NCBI GenBank assembly: GCA_030038355.1
Contig: JASHPB010000273.1
Location: 85,221-149,220, forward strand
Direction: 5' to 3'
Length of the DNA stretch: 64,000 nucleotides
DNA from: Candidatus Binataceae bacterium
GTDB taxonomy: Bacteria; Desulfobacterota; Binatia; Binatales; Binataceae
This document shows, one piece after another, positions 19,391 through 27,618 of this stretch. Every line of letters begins with the position of its first letter. Position 1 is the first letter of the stretch. The position numbers and the translations under genes are program-made. Under the pieces are notes generated by a model. It saw nothing but the letters and a program-made list of their open reading frames with translations. It was not told the origin of the DNA and searched no databases.

Positions 19391-19402
19391 AGGAGAATCG
19401 CG

Positions 19403-20587
19403 ATGGCTGGTCCACTTGATGGATTTCGGATTGTCGACGTGACGCAGATGGTTTCCGGGCCGATGGCCACGATGATCCTCGCCGACCAGGGCGCCGACGT
19501 GATCAAAGTTGAGCCGCCCGGCTCGGGCGACCTGACGCGCGCGCTGGCCGCCTCGAAGCGTGCGATGTCGCCGATGTTCGCGGTCATCAATCGGAACAAG
19601 AAGTCGATCGTGATCGATCTGAAGAAGCCGCGCGGCGTCGGGCTGCTGAAGGACCTGGTACGTGGTGCGGACCTGTTCGTGCAGAACTTCCGGCCGGGGG
19701 CCGCCGAGCGGATGGGAATCGGATACGAAGCTTTGGCCGCGGTTAATCCTGAACTCGTGTACGTTTCGATAAGCGGCTTCGGCGAACGAGGACCTTACAT
19801 CCACAAGAGAGTTTACGACCCCGTTGTGCAGGCGCTGTCGGGCCTCGCCGCTATCCAGGCCGACCAGGCAACGGGCCGCCCGCGAATGATGCGGCTCATT
19901 GTGCCCGACAAGGTGACCGCGCTCACTGCCGCGCAGGCGATGACGGCGGCGCTGCTCGGGCGCGAGCGCACGCACAAAGGGCAGCATCTCAAGCTCGCGA
20001 TGCTCGACGCGGTGGTCGCATTTCAGTGGCCCGAGGGGATGACGGCCTACACGTTCAGGAGCAGCGAGCCACCCGCGGTCGTGCGCCAGACCGTGCGCGA
20101 CCTCGTTTACCAAACCGCCGACGGTTACATCACGGTCGGCGCCGTCTCGGAGGTCGAATGGCAGGCACTCGCACGCGCCATTGGGCATCCGGAGTGGCTC
20201 GACGATCCGCGCTTCAGCACGCCAGCTGCGCGCGTGCGTCACACCGAGGATCGCCTGGAGCTTACGGCGCAGGCGCTCAAGGAGAAACCATCGGCCGAAT
20301 GGATCAAGCGCTTCGACGCGGCGCAGGTTCCATGCGCGCCGATTCTGAGCCGCGCCGATATTCTCACCGATCCGCAGATCGCCGCAAACGAGCTTATCGT
20401 CGAGGTCGAGCATCCCGCCGTCGGTGTGATGCGTCAGCCGCGCCCGGCCGCGCGCTTCGATGGCGCATCGACGAAGATCCGGAGCGCTGCGCCCGTTCTC
20501 GGTGAGCACACCGACCAAGTGCTGCGAGACGCGGGTTTCGATGCGTCGGCGATCAAACGGCTCCGTGCCGCGGACGTGATCGCGTAA
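19403..20587 (+). CDS. CoA-transferase family III (CaiB/BaiF) protein
   Basis: AAGGAGAA Shine-Dalgarno. The N-terminus is typical of the family (LDGFRIVDVTQMVSGPMATMILADQGADVIKVEPP). Confidence 0.9.
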   Translation: MAGPLDGFRIVDVTQMVSGPMATMILADQGADVIKVEPPGSGDLTRALAASKRAMSPMFAVINRNKKSIVIDLKKPRGVGLLKDLVRGADLFVQNFRPGAAERMGIGYEALAAVNPELVYVSISGFGERGPYIHKRVYDPVVQALSGLAAIQADQATGRPRMMRLIVPDKVTALTAAQAMTAALLGRERTHKGQHLKLAMLDAVVAFQWPEGMTAYTFRSSEPPAVVRQTVRDLVYQTADGYITVGAVSEVEWQALARAIGHPEWLDDPRFSTPAARVRHTEDRLELTAQALKEKPSAEWIKRFDAAQVPCAPILSRADILTDPQIAANELIVEVEHPAVGVMRQPRPAARFDGASTKIRSAAPVLGEHTDQVLRDAGFDASAIKRLRAADVIA

Positions 20588-20631
20588 AGCGCTGCTCTGC
20601 TCAACTGCTACGTGATGCTAGCCTTTGCGGC

Positions 20632-21525
20632 ATGGCACAGCGAATCGGATTCATCGGGCTCGGGGCGATGGGTTCCGCGATGGCGGGGAACCTGATCGCC
20701 GCCGGTTATCATCTCGACGTTTACAACCGCACCGCTTCGAAAGCCGCGCCGCTGGTCGCACGCGGCGCGCATCTATGCGAGCGGCCGTTCGACACCGCGC
20801 ACGGGCGCGGAATTATCGTCTCGATGCTCGCCGATGACGCGTCGCTCGAGCATCTGGTGACGAGCGAGCCGTCGATCGCCGAGCGACTGGCGCCCGGCGG
20901 AGTTCACATCTCCATGACCACCGTGTCGCCGTCAATCTCGCGCCGGCTCGCCAAGTATCACGAGCAGTGCGGCTCCGCGATGGTCGTCGCGCCAGTGTTC
21001 GGACGTCCCGAGGCAGCTGCAGCCAAGCGGCTTTGGATTTGTACATCTGGTTCCGCTGCCGCAAAGGAAAAAGCACGCCCCGTGCTCGAGGCCATGGGGC
21101 AGGCGATCTTCGATTTCGGCGAGGAGCCCGGCGCCGCGAACGCGGTCAAGCTCGGCGGCAACTTCATGATCGCGGCTGCCATGGAAGCGATGGGCGAAGC
21201 GCTCGCGATGGTCGAGAAGTGCGGCGTCGATCGAGTCGCGGCGATGGATCTCTGGTCGAAGACGCTCTTCGCCTGCCCGGTCTACCAGGGCTATGGCGCG
21301 GCCATCGCAAGGCGCGTGCATGAGCCGGCCGGATTTCGCCTGCCACTCGGCATGAAGGACGTCGATCTTGCATTGAAGGCTGCAACTGAGGTCGCCGCGC
21401 CGATGCCGCTCGCGAGCGTCGTGCACGATCGCTTCGTCGCAGCGCTAGCGAAGGGGCGGGGCGAGATGGATTGGTCCGCCGTCGCGCTCGGCGCCTCCGA
21501 TGATGCGGGCCTTACGCCCAAGTGA
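20632..21525 (+). CDS. NAD(P)-dependent oxidoreductase, 3-hydroxyisobutyrate dehydrogenase family
   Basis: A Rossmann GxGxxG motif at the N-terminus (IGFIGLGAMGSAMAGNL). The ORF is 297 aa. Confidence 0.9.
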   Translation: MAQRIGFIGLGAMGSAMAGNLIAAGYHLDVYNRTASKAAPLVARGAHLCERPFDTAHGRGIIVSMLADDASLEHLVTSEPSIAERLAPGGVHISMTTVSPSISRRLAKYHEQCGSAMVVAPVFGRPEAAAAKRLWICTSGSAAAKEKARPVLEAMGQAIFDFGEEPGAANAVKLGGNFMIAAAMEAMGEALAMVEKCGVDRVAAMDLWSKTLFACPVYQGYGAAIARRVHEPAGFRLPLGMKDVDLALKAATEVAAPMPLASVVHDRFVAALAKGRGEMDWSAVALGASDDAGLTPK

Positions 21526-22310
21526 TGGCCGAGGCTGCGCTGCGTGCAATAATCATCATTGCGGCGCTGCTATGCGTGCTCCTTGCGCTGCCGCAAGGCG
21601 CATACGCGATCGACTTCTACGAAATCCAGATCTACACGACTGAGACGACGCCGCCCGAGCGCCTCGAGCTCGAGCTTCACTCCAACACCGTCAGCACCGC
21701 GACGGGATACGAGGCGAAACAGGCACTGAACCCGTATCAGATCCACGAGACACTGGAGGCAACCTACGGACTCCTGCCGTGGCTCGAGGTCGGCCAGTAT
21801 CTCGCGACGGCCAAGCTCGACAACGGCAATTACGAGTACGCGGGAGCACGCACCAAGATGCATTTCGGCGTGCCGCAGACTGATTCGTGGCCGGTACAGT
21901 TCGGCGGCAATATCGAGCTTGATTACATGCGGCACGCCGCCGAGGATAATCCGACGACGCTGGAGCTGCGGCCGATTCTGCAGACGAGCTACAAGAAGTT
22001 AACGATCGTCGGCAACTTTGCCTTCGAGGATCCGTTCAGCGGACCGGGCGCGCACAAGGGGTTCCAGTTCGAGCCTTCGGGCGAGATCGAATACGATCTC
22101 ATCAAATGGGTGACGCCGGCGCTCGAGTACTACGGCGACATGGGCTCGCTTCGCGATATGCCCGGTGCTCAGAAGCAGCAGCATTTTATTGTGCCGGCGG
22201 CCAACCTCAATATCGTCGACAACCTGGAGCTTAACCTGGGCGTCGGCTTCGGCGTGACGCGCACGAGCAACGGCGTGTTCCTGAAGTCGATCGTGGGCTG
22301 GACGTTCTGA
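21522..22310 (+). CDS. Outer-membrane beta-barrel protein
   Basis: It has a signal peptide. Amphipathic strands alternate through the body. The last residue is Phe (IVGWTF). The start overlaps the upstream stop by 4 nt. Confidence 0.7.
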   Translation: MMAEAALRAIIIIAALLCVLLALPQGAYAIDFYEIQIYTTETTPPERLELELHSNTVSTATGYEAKQALNPYQIHETLEATYGLLPWLEVGQYLATAKLDNGNYEYAGARTKMHFGVPQTDSWPVQFGGNIELDYMRHAAEDNPTTLELRPILQTSYKKLTIVGNFAFEDPFSGPGAHKGFQFEPSGEIEYDLIKWVTPALEYYGDMGSLRDMPGAQKQQHFIVPAANLNIVDNLELNLGVGFGVTRTSNGVFLKSIVGWTF

Positions 22311-22363
22311 AAGCCGCAGCTGGCAGGCGCGCGGCATTAACAGAGTTTTTGCGCTAAAATTAA

Positions 22364-23779
22364 ATGTCGTTGCGCCCACTGGGGTTGCACACTATTGTCG
22401 ATTTTTACGCAACTGAAGCCCGCATGCGTCCCAGCGAAAACTTGAGACCTCGAGACGAAAAACTCTGGCAGATTCTCGGCCAGGTAGGCCGTCTGCGTTC
22501 GCGTCTCAACTCGCTCGCCTTCCAGCACGCATTCTTCTATGCAGCCGCGGCGCTGATCGTGGCGGGAGCGCTCATCTACATCTCCGCCTTCATGCTGACG
22601 CCGATCAATTTCATCGTGGTAACAGTGACGCTTTCGATTCTCGCCGCGTTCGCGATTGTCGCCGCCTTGCGCCAGGGATGGTTGATGCGTTCGAACGCGC
22701 GCCGGGCCGCGACTCTCGCTGATGAACGCGCGGATCTGAAGGGACGCCTCGCGACCATCGTTACGATCGCCGAGCATCGCAAGAAAGGCCCGATGTGGTC
22801 GTACCTGGTCGAGGATACCCTCGGCCGGCGCGCGGAATTCGCCCCCAGCCGGATCGAGAAGCGTCGCATTTCGCGGGCGATATACGCTTTCGTCGCATCG
22901 CTCATCGTCGCGGGATTAGTCTGGCCGCTCTCGCGAATCCGTCACGCGATTCCTATGCCCGCAAGCCAGGGCCAGGATGACCTCACGCTCGACCTCAATG
23001 ACCTGCACTTAAGGCCGGCCGGCCCGGGCGACGACAACGCGATGACGGTGCAGGCAGACCCCGAGACGATGCGCCGGCTCGAGGACAAACTCGCGCGCGA
23101 GGGCGTCGAACCAGGACAGGGCTCTTCCACATCGTTCGGCAAGTTGATGGATCAGGCTCGCAACATGGCCAACAACCTGCAGGACAAGCTTACGGGGCAA
23201 ACGCAGAACCATCGGCGGCTCAACCTGAAGCTCGCCGATGCGACCGATCCGATGAGCGGCCCTGGCAATCACAATCCACTCGATGCCGCGAACCACAAGC
23301 GGCGCGACGCCGCCGGCCAGTTCCAGCGCGATCAAACCAACGATAACAGTGGCCCGCTGCCGCGCGGCAGCCTCCGCGACAACAGCAGCGACGAACCAGA
23401 ACAGGCCGCGGGTCGCTCCGATCTCGCCAACCAGCAACCGGGAGCCAACGACCCCAACGCTGCCACCAAGCCATTGGACGATCAGGGAGATCAGCAAAAC
23501 GGTGACCAGGGAAGCAGCGGCGGTGCGGCGCATGGAATCGGCGTCGATCCTGACAGCCTGTTTGGCGCGCCGACCCAATCCAAGCTCGGTAACGAGGGCT
23601 TCGAGATCGCGATAGAGGCGCGACCGATGGAGCACGGCGCCAAGGGCGCCGGTCACGCCTACGAGCCGCCAAAGGTCCGCACACCGTTGGCCGCAGTTCA
23701 GGAGCCTGACGAACCGGTGGTACGGACGGAAGTTCCGCCCGATGATCGAACCACAATCAAGCGGGTATTCGAACGATGA
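22364..23779 (+). CDS. Hypothetical membrane protein with about three TM helices and a long D/N/Q/G-rich disordered C-terminal tail. It is the lead gene of the Bat-like locus.
   Basis: A 471-aa ORF. TM segments include FFYAAAALIVAGALIYISAF and INFIVVTVTLSILAAFAIVAAL. The stop overlaps the MoxR start as ATGA. Confidence 0.6.
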   Translation: MSLRPLGLHTIVDFYATEARMRPSENLRPRDEKLWQILGQVGRLRSRLNSLAFQHAFFYAAAALIVAGALIYISAFMLTPINFIVVTVTLSILAAFAIVAALRQGWLMRSNARRAATLADERADLKGRLATIVTIAEHRKKGPMWSYLVEDTLGRRAEFAPSRIEKRRISRAIYAFVASLIVAGLVWPLSRIRHAIPMPASQGQDDLTLDLNDLHLRPAGPGDDNAMTVQADPETMRRLEDKLAREGVEPGQGSSTSFGKLMDQARNMANNLQDKLTGQTQNHRRLNLKLADATDPMSGPGNHNPLDAANHKRRDAAGQFQRDQTNDNSGPLPRGSLRDNSSDEPEQAAGRSDLANQQPGANDPNAATKPLDDQGDQQNGDQGSSGGAAHGIGVDPDSLFGAPTQSKLGNEGFEIAIEARPMEHGAKGAGHAYEPPKVRTPLAAVQEPDEPVVRTEVPPDDRTTIKRVFER

Positions 23780-24819
23780 GTGAGCTAGCTGCCGTCGAAG
23801 TGCCGACCGTAGCCGATTTCGCACGTACCTTCCGTCGCATCCAGGCCGAAATTCACAAGGTCATTGTCGGTCACGGCCAGGCGGTCGAAGAGATGCTTGC
23901 GGCGCTGTTCGCGGGCGGCCACGTCCTGATCGAAGGTGTCCCCGGCACGGGCAAAACCACGCTGGTCAAGACCCTCGGGCTCGCGATGAACCTGAGCTTC
24001 AACCGCATCCAGTTCACCGTTGACCTGATGCCCGCCGATATCACTGGTACGCGCGTCATTCTCAGCTCCGATGACGGCCGGCGCGAATTCACTTTCCAGC
24101 CCGGCCCCGTCTTTTGCCATATCCTGCTCGGTGACGAGATTAACCGCGCCACGCCCAAGACGCAGTCGGCGCTGCTCGAAGCGATGGCCGAGCTGCAAGT
24201 CACAGTGGCTGGCGTGACGCATCGCCTCGCGCCGCCGTACTTCGTGATGGCGACGCTCAACCCGATCGAGATGGAAGGCACTTATCCGCTGCCCGAGGCA
24301 CAGCTCGATCGATTTCTGTTCAAGGTGCGGCTCAGCTACCCCGACGAAATCGAGCTCACGAGGATCATAACCTCCACTACTGGACCCGAGGAGGCCGGCG
24401 TCGAGCCTGTCTTCCATGCCGATGAAGCTCCCGCTCGCGTTGAGGCGCTCAAAAAGCTGGTACGCGACGTAATCGCGGCGCCCGAGATGGAGCACTACGC
24501 GGCGCGGATCGTGCGCGCCACGCAGCCGCAGAATTCGCGCTACGTGGCGGACGAGGCGCGCTCGGTGCACGACGAGATGGTCAACCGCTACGTGATGTTC
24601 GGATCGAGCCCGCGTGGCGCGCAGGCCCTGATCCTCGGCGCCAAGGTGCGTGCACTGCTCGACGGGCGCGCCAACATCGCGCGCGAAGATATCGACCGTG
24701 TCGCAATTCCCGCGCTCGCCCATCGCATCATGCTCAACTACGCGGCGCATTCCGACGGAATCGATGCGACCCACGTCGTCGAACGCGTGCTGAAATCGGT
24801 GCGCGCGGCGCGCGCCTGA
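23776..24819 (+). CDS. MoxR-family AAA+ ATPase
   Basis: Walker A is GVPGTGKT and Walker B is HILLGDEINRA. Confidence 0.9.
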   Translation: MSELAAVEVPTVADFARTFRRIQAEIHKVIVGHGQAVEEMLAALFAGGHVLIEGVPGTGKTTLVKTLGLAMNLSFNRIQFTVDLMPADITGTRVILSSDDGRREFTFQPGPVFCHILLGDEINRATPKTQSALLEAMAELQVTVAGVTHRLAPPYFVMATLNPIEMEGTYPLPEAQLDRFLFKVRLSYPDEIELTRIITSTTGPEEAGVEPVFHADEAPARVEALKKLVRDVIAAPEMEHYAARIVRATQPQNSRYVADEARSVHDEMVNRYVMFGSSPRGAQALILGAKVRALLDGRANIAREDIDRVAIPALAHRIMLNYAAHSDGIDATHVVERVLKSVRAARA

Positions 24820-24828
24820 GGTCCTGCA

Positions 24829-25734
24829 ATGCTCGAGACCCGCGCGTTCGAGCCCGACTATCTGCGAAAGCTCGACCGTCTCGTCCTCGGCATCAAGCGC
24901 GCGCGTTCGGTGCGCACGGGAGAGCGCCGGCTTGGCCGCGTGCAAGGTCTCGGTCTCGAGGTCGAAAATTTCAAGGAATACGCCGAGGGCGATGACCTCC
25001 GCTTTCTCGACTGGAACGCGCTGGCCCGCCTCGACCATCCGCTGATTCGCACCTTCCGCTCCGAGCGCCAGATCGAAATCACGGCGCTGGTCGATGCGAG
25101 CGCTTCGATGGGGATGCCGGAGCGTGACGACAAGCTCGGACTCGGCCTCGCGCTGGCTGCCTCGATCGCGTACATCGGGATGGCCGACAACGACCCGGTG
25201 CGGCTCGGCGCATTTTCAATGCGGCGCGGCGCGATGCGCTTTGAGACCACGCCGTTCCATCGCCGCCGCGAATCCTACGTCAACTTCCGCCCGTTCGTGA
25301 GTTCGGTGAGCGCGGGTGGCGAAACGCGCCTCGGCGTGGCTATCGATCAATTCCTGTTGCAGCATCGCCCGGCCGGCGTGGTCGTGGTGATATCAGATTT
25401 CCTGGTCGCCGAAGGCGATACCGACGACGCCCTGAAGCGCCTTACTTCCGCGCATCACGAAGTCAAAGTCGTGCACGTGCTTGGCGAGATGGAGAGCACC
25501 GGCGCCTATCCGCCCGGTCTCTACCGCATCCGCGATGCCGAGAGCGGTGAGACTCGCGAAGCGGTACTCGGGCCCGAATATGCGGCGCACTGCCGCGCGA
25601 AGGTCGAGCGCATCGCGAGCATCGTGCGTGCGATCTGCGACCGCTTGGGAATCGCCTACGCGCAGGCGTTCGGCGCCCGCACGCTCGACGATTTCATGGA
25701 GCGCGAACTGCCGCTGCTGGGCGTGGTGCGATAG
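24829..25734 (+). CDS. DUF58 domain protein, the usual MoxR partner
   Basis: DUF58-like motifs are present: EFKEYAEGDDLRFLDWNALARLD. GAGG Shine-Dalgarno. Confidence 0.85.
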   Translation: MLETRAFEPDYLRKLDRLVLGIKRARSVRTGERRLGRVQGLGLEVENFKEYAEGDDLRFLDWNALARLDHPLIRTFRSERQIEITALVDASASMGMPERDDKLGLGLALAASIAYIGMADNDPVRLGAFSMRRGAMRFETTPFHRRRESYVNFRPFVSSVSAGGETRLGVAIDQFLLQHRPAGVVVVISDFLVAEGDTDDALKRLTSAHHEVKVVHVLGEMESTGAYPPGLYRIRDAESGETREAVLGPEYAAHCRAKVERIASIVRAICDRLGIAYAQAFGARTLDDFMERELPLLGVVR

Positions 25735-25737
25735 GCG

Positions 25738-27618
25738 ATGGGCTTCCTCGATCCACGCAACCTCATCTGGGGCTTGAGTATCGCGGTGCTCGTGATCATA
25801 TACCTGCGCTCGCACGCGCGGCCGTTGATCGAGGTGTCGAGCCTGATGCTGTTCGACGAGCAGCCGGCGCCTGCCGCCAGCGTGCGCCGAGTACAGTTCG
25901 ATCCGCTGTTCTGGCTCGAGGTGGCGGCGCTCGCGGCTCTCACGCTCGCGATCGCGGGCTTCTTTGTGCGGATTCCTGAAGCGCCCGCCCACGGCCGGAG
26001 CCGAGCGCTCGTGTTCGATCTCGGCGCCGCGATGGGCGCCACTGACGGCGGAGTATCGCGTCTCGACCATGCCAAGTACGAAGCGCTCGACATGATCTCG
26101 TCCGCTGCGCCCGGCGACCAGTTCAGCGTCATTTCGTACGCGCTCGAGGCGCAACTGGTGCAGGCGCCTACCTCCGACGAAAAGGAGCTTCGCGCCGCTA
26201 TCGCCGGCCTTCGGCCGTTCGCCGTTGCCGCGCGTCCGGTGGCTCTCAGAGCCGCACTGATGCGCGCGCGCGCCGCAGCCGAGATCGATCTTTTCTCCGA
26301 TCGCCCTCCGCCGCAGCCCGCGGTTGCGAATCTCGCTTCGGCCGGGCGCTTCGATTTCCATCGCATCTCGGGTAGCGACGCCAACCTTGCGATCGTGTCG
26401 CTCGATCCCGGCGCGCCAGGCTCGGCGTGGGCCCGCGTCAGCGTGCGCAACTTTTCCGAGCATCCCGCGACCTGCGACGTTGCGGTCGATGTGTCCGGCA
26501 CCGAAGTGATGCGCCGCACTCTAGTGCTTGCGCCGCGCGAGCAAGCGACGGATCGCTTCCCGCGCTTAGGCCCGCTGGCCACCGGCGGACTGGTCCGCGC
26601 GCGGATACTAAATGCGGACGCTTTGGCCGCCGACAACACTCGCTATGCGCTCGCGCCGGCATCAGACCGGGTCTCAGCGATCGTATTCTCGCCCGACCCG
26701 GCAGTGCGCGACGACCTCGCTCGAACGCTGCTCGCGGTCAATCCGAACTTCCGAATTGAGACGATCGATCCGGCCAAGTACAAGGCCGACGCGAGCCACG
26801 CCTCGAACCCATATGCGCTCGCAATCTTCCACGATTCGTTCGTGCCCAACGTTCCGGCACAGGCGAGCCTCCTGATTTACCCGCCCGTGGGAACGGCCGC
26901 ATCCGCTCTCGCACCCGATCTCAAGGTCGAGGCTACGGCGCCCGCGGCCGAACTGCGCGATGCCTCCGGTTCGGCTGCGACCGCTATGCCGATGGGCGAG
27001 ACGCGAGTGCTCAAACTCGGCGAATGGATGGAACCTACGGCGTCGGCGGTGCTGAGCGGTCACGGGCGCGCTCCCGCTGTTGCATTCGGTCAGAGCGCCC
27101 ACGGTTCCGTGGGTGTTATCGCGTTCGATATTGGCGATCACATGCTGCTCGATCCGGATCATCTGAATGCGCTGGTCGCCACTATCGACCTCGTCAAGCG
27201 CCTCGTGGCACCGAGCGACATGCAAATCGTCCCCACCGGAAAGTACGTAACTATTCCGGCGGCGTCTCCCGCCCGCGTGACTGCGCCAGACGGCGCGGTG
27301 CGCAGCCTCGCGCCCGACAAATGGGGCCGCATCACGCTTCGACCGCTCGAAGCGGGCGACTACACGGTCGCGGTTGGCGGCACGACCACGCAAATTCTCG
27401 CCAACTACTATGACGCGACCGAGTCGGATCTCGCCGCCACGGATTCCGCGGCGTCCTCGTCGAGCGCCGAGCGCGGGGTGGCAGCCACTAGCGTGCCGCG
27501 CGAGAATCAGCTTCAGCCTCTTGTGCTGATGCTCGCAGCGTTGGCTCTGATCGCACTGGTGGCCGAATCTGCGCTGCTCGCGCGTCATGCGGCGCGATGG
27601 GGAGTGCGTCATGTTTGA
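25738..27618 (+). CDS. BatA-like membrane protein with a degenerate VWA domain
   Basis: An N-terminal double-TM aerotolerance-regulator-like segment (LIWGLSIAVLVIIYL). A degenerate VWA core reads ALVFDLGAAMGA. There is a C-terminal TM segment. Confidence 0.75.
   Translation: MGFLDPRNLIWGLSIAVLVIIYLRSHARPLIEVSSLMLFDEQPAPAASVRRVQFDPLFWLEVAALAALTLAIAGFFVRIPEAPAHGRSRALVFDLGAAMGATDGGVSRLDHAKYEALDMISSAAPGDQFSVISYALEAQLVQAPTSDEKELRAAIAGLRPFAVAARPVALRAALMRARAAAEIDLFSDRPPPQPAVANLASAGRFDFHRISGSDANLAIVSLDPGAPGSAWARVSVRNFSEHPATCDVAVDVSGTEVMRRTLVLAPREQATDRFPRLGPLATGGLVRARILNADALAADNTRYALAPASDRVSAIVFSPDPAVRDDLARTLLAVNPNFRIETIDPAKYKADASHASNPYALAIFHDSFVPNVPAQASLLIYPPVGTAASALAPDLKVEATAPAAELRDASGSAATAMPMGETRVLKLGEWMEPTASAVLSGHGRAPAVAFGQSAHGSVGVIAFDIGDHMLLDPDHLNALVATIDLVKRLVAPSDMQIVPTGKYVTIPAASPARVTAPDGAVRSLAPDKWGRITLRPLEAGDYTVAVGGTTTQILANYYDATESDLAATDSAASSSSAERGVAATSVPRENQLQPLVLMLAALALIALVAESALLARHAARWGVRHV

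Noticed and set aside
19334-20518. A 394-aa minus-strand ORF antisense to the CoA-transferase gene
   Set aside because: The plus-strand gene has family motifs, a Shine-Dalgarno and high GC3. The antisense ORF is Arg/His/Gly-rich, with the composition typical of spurious high-GC frames.
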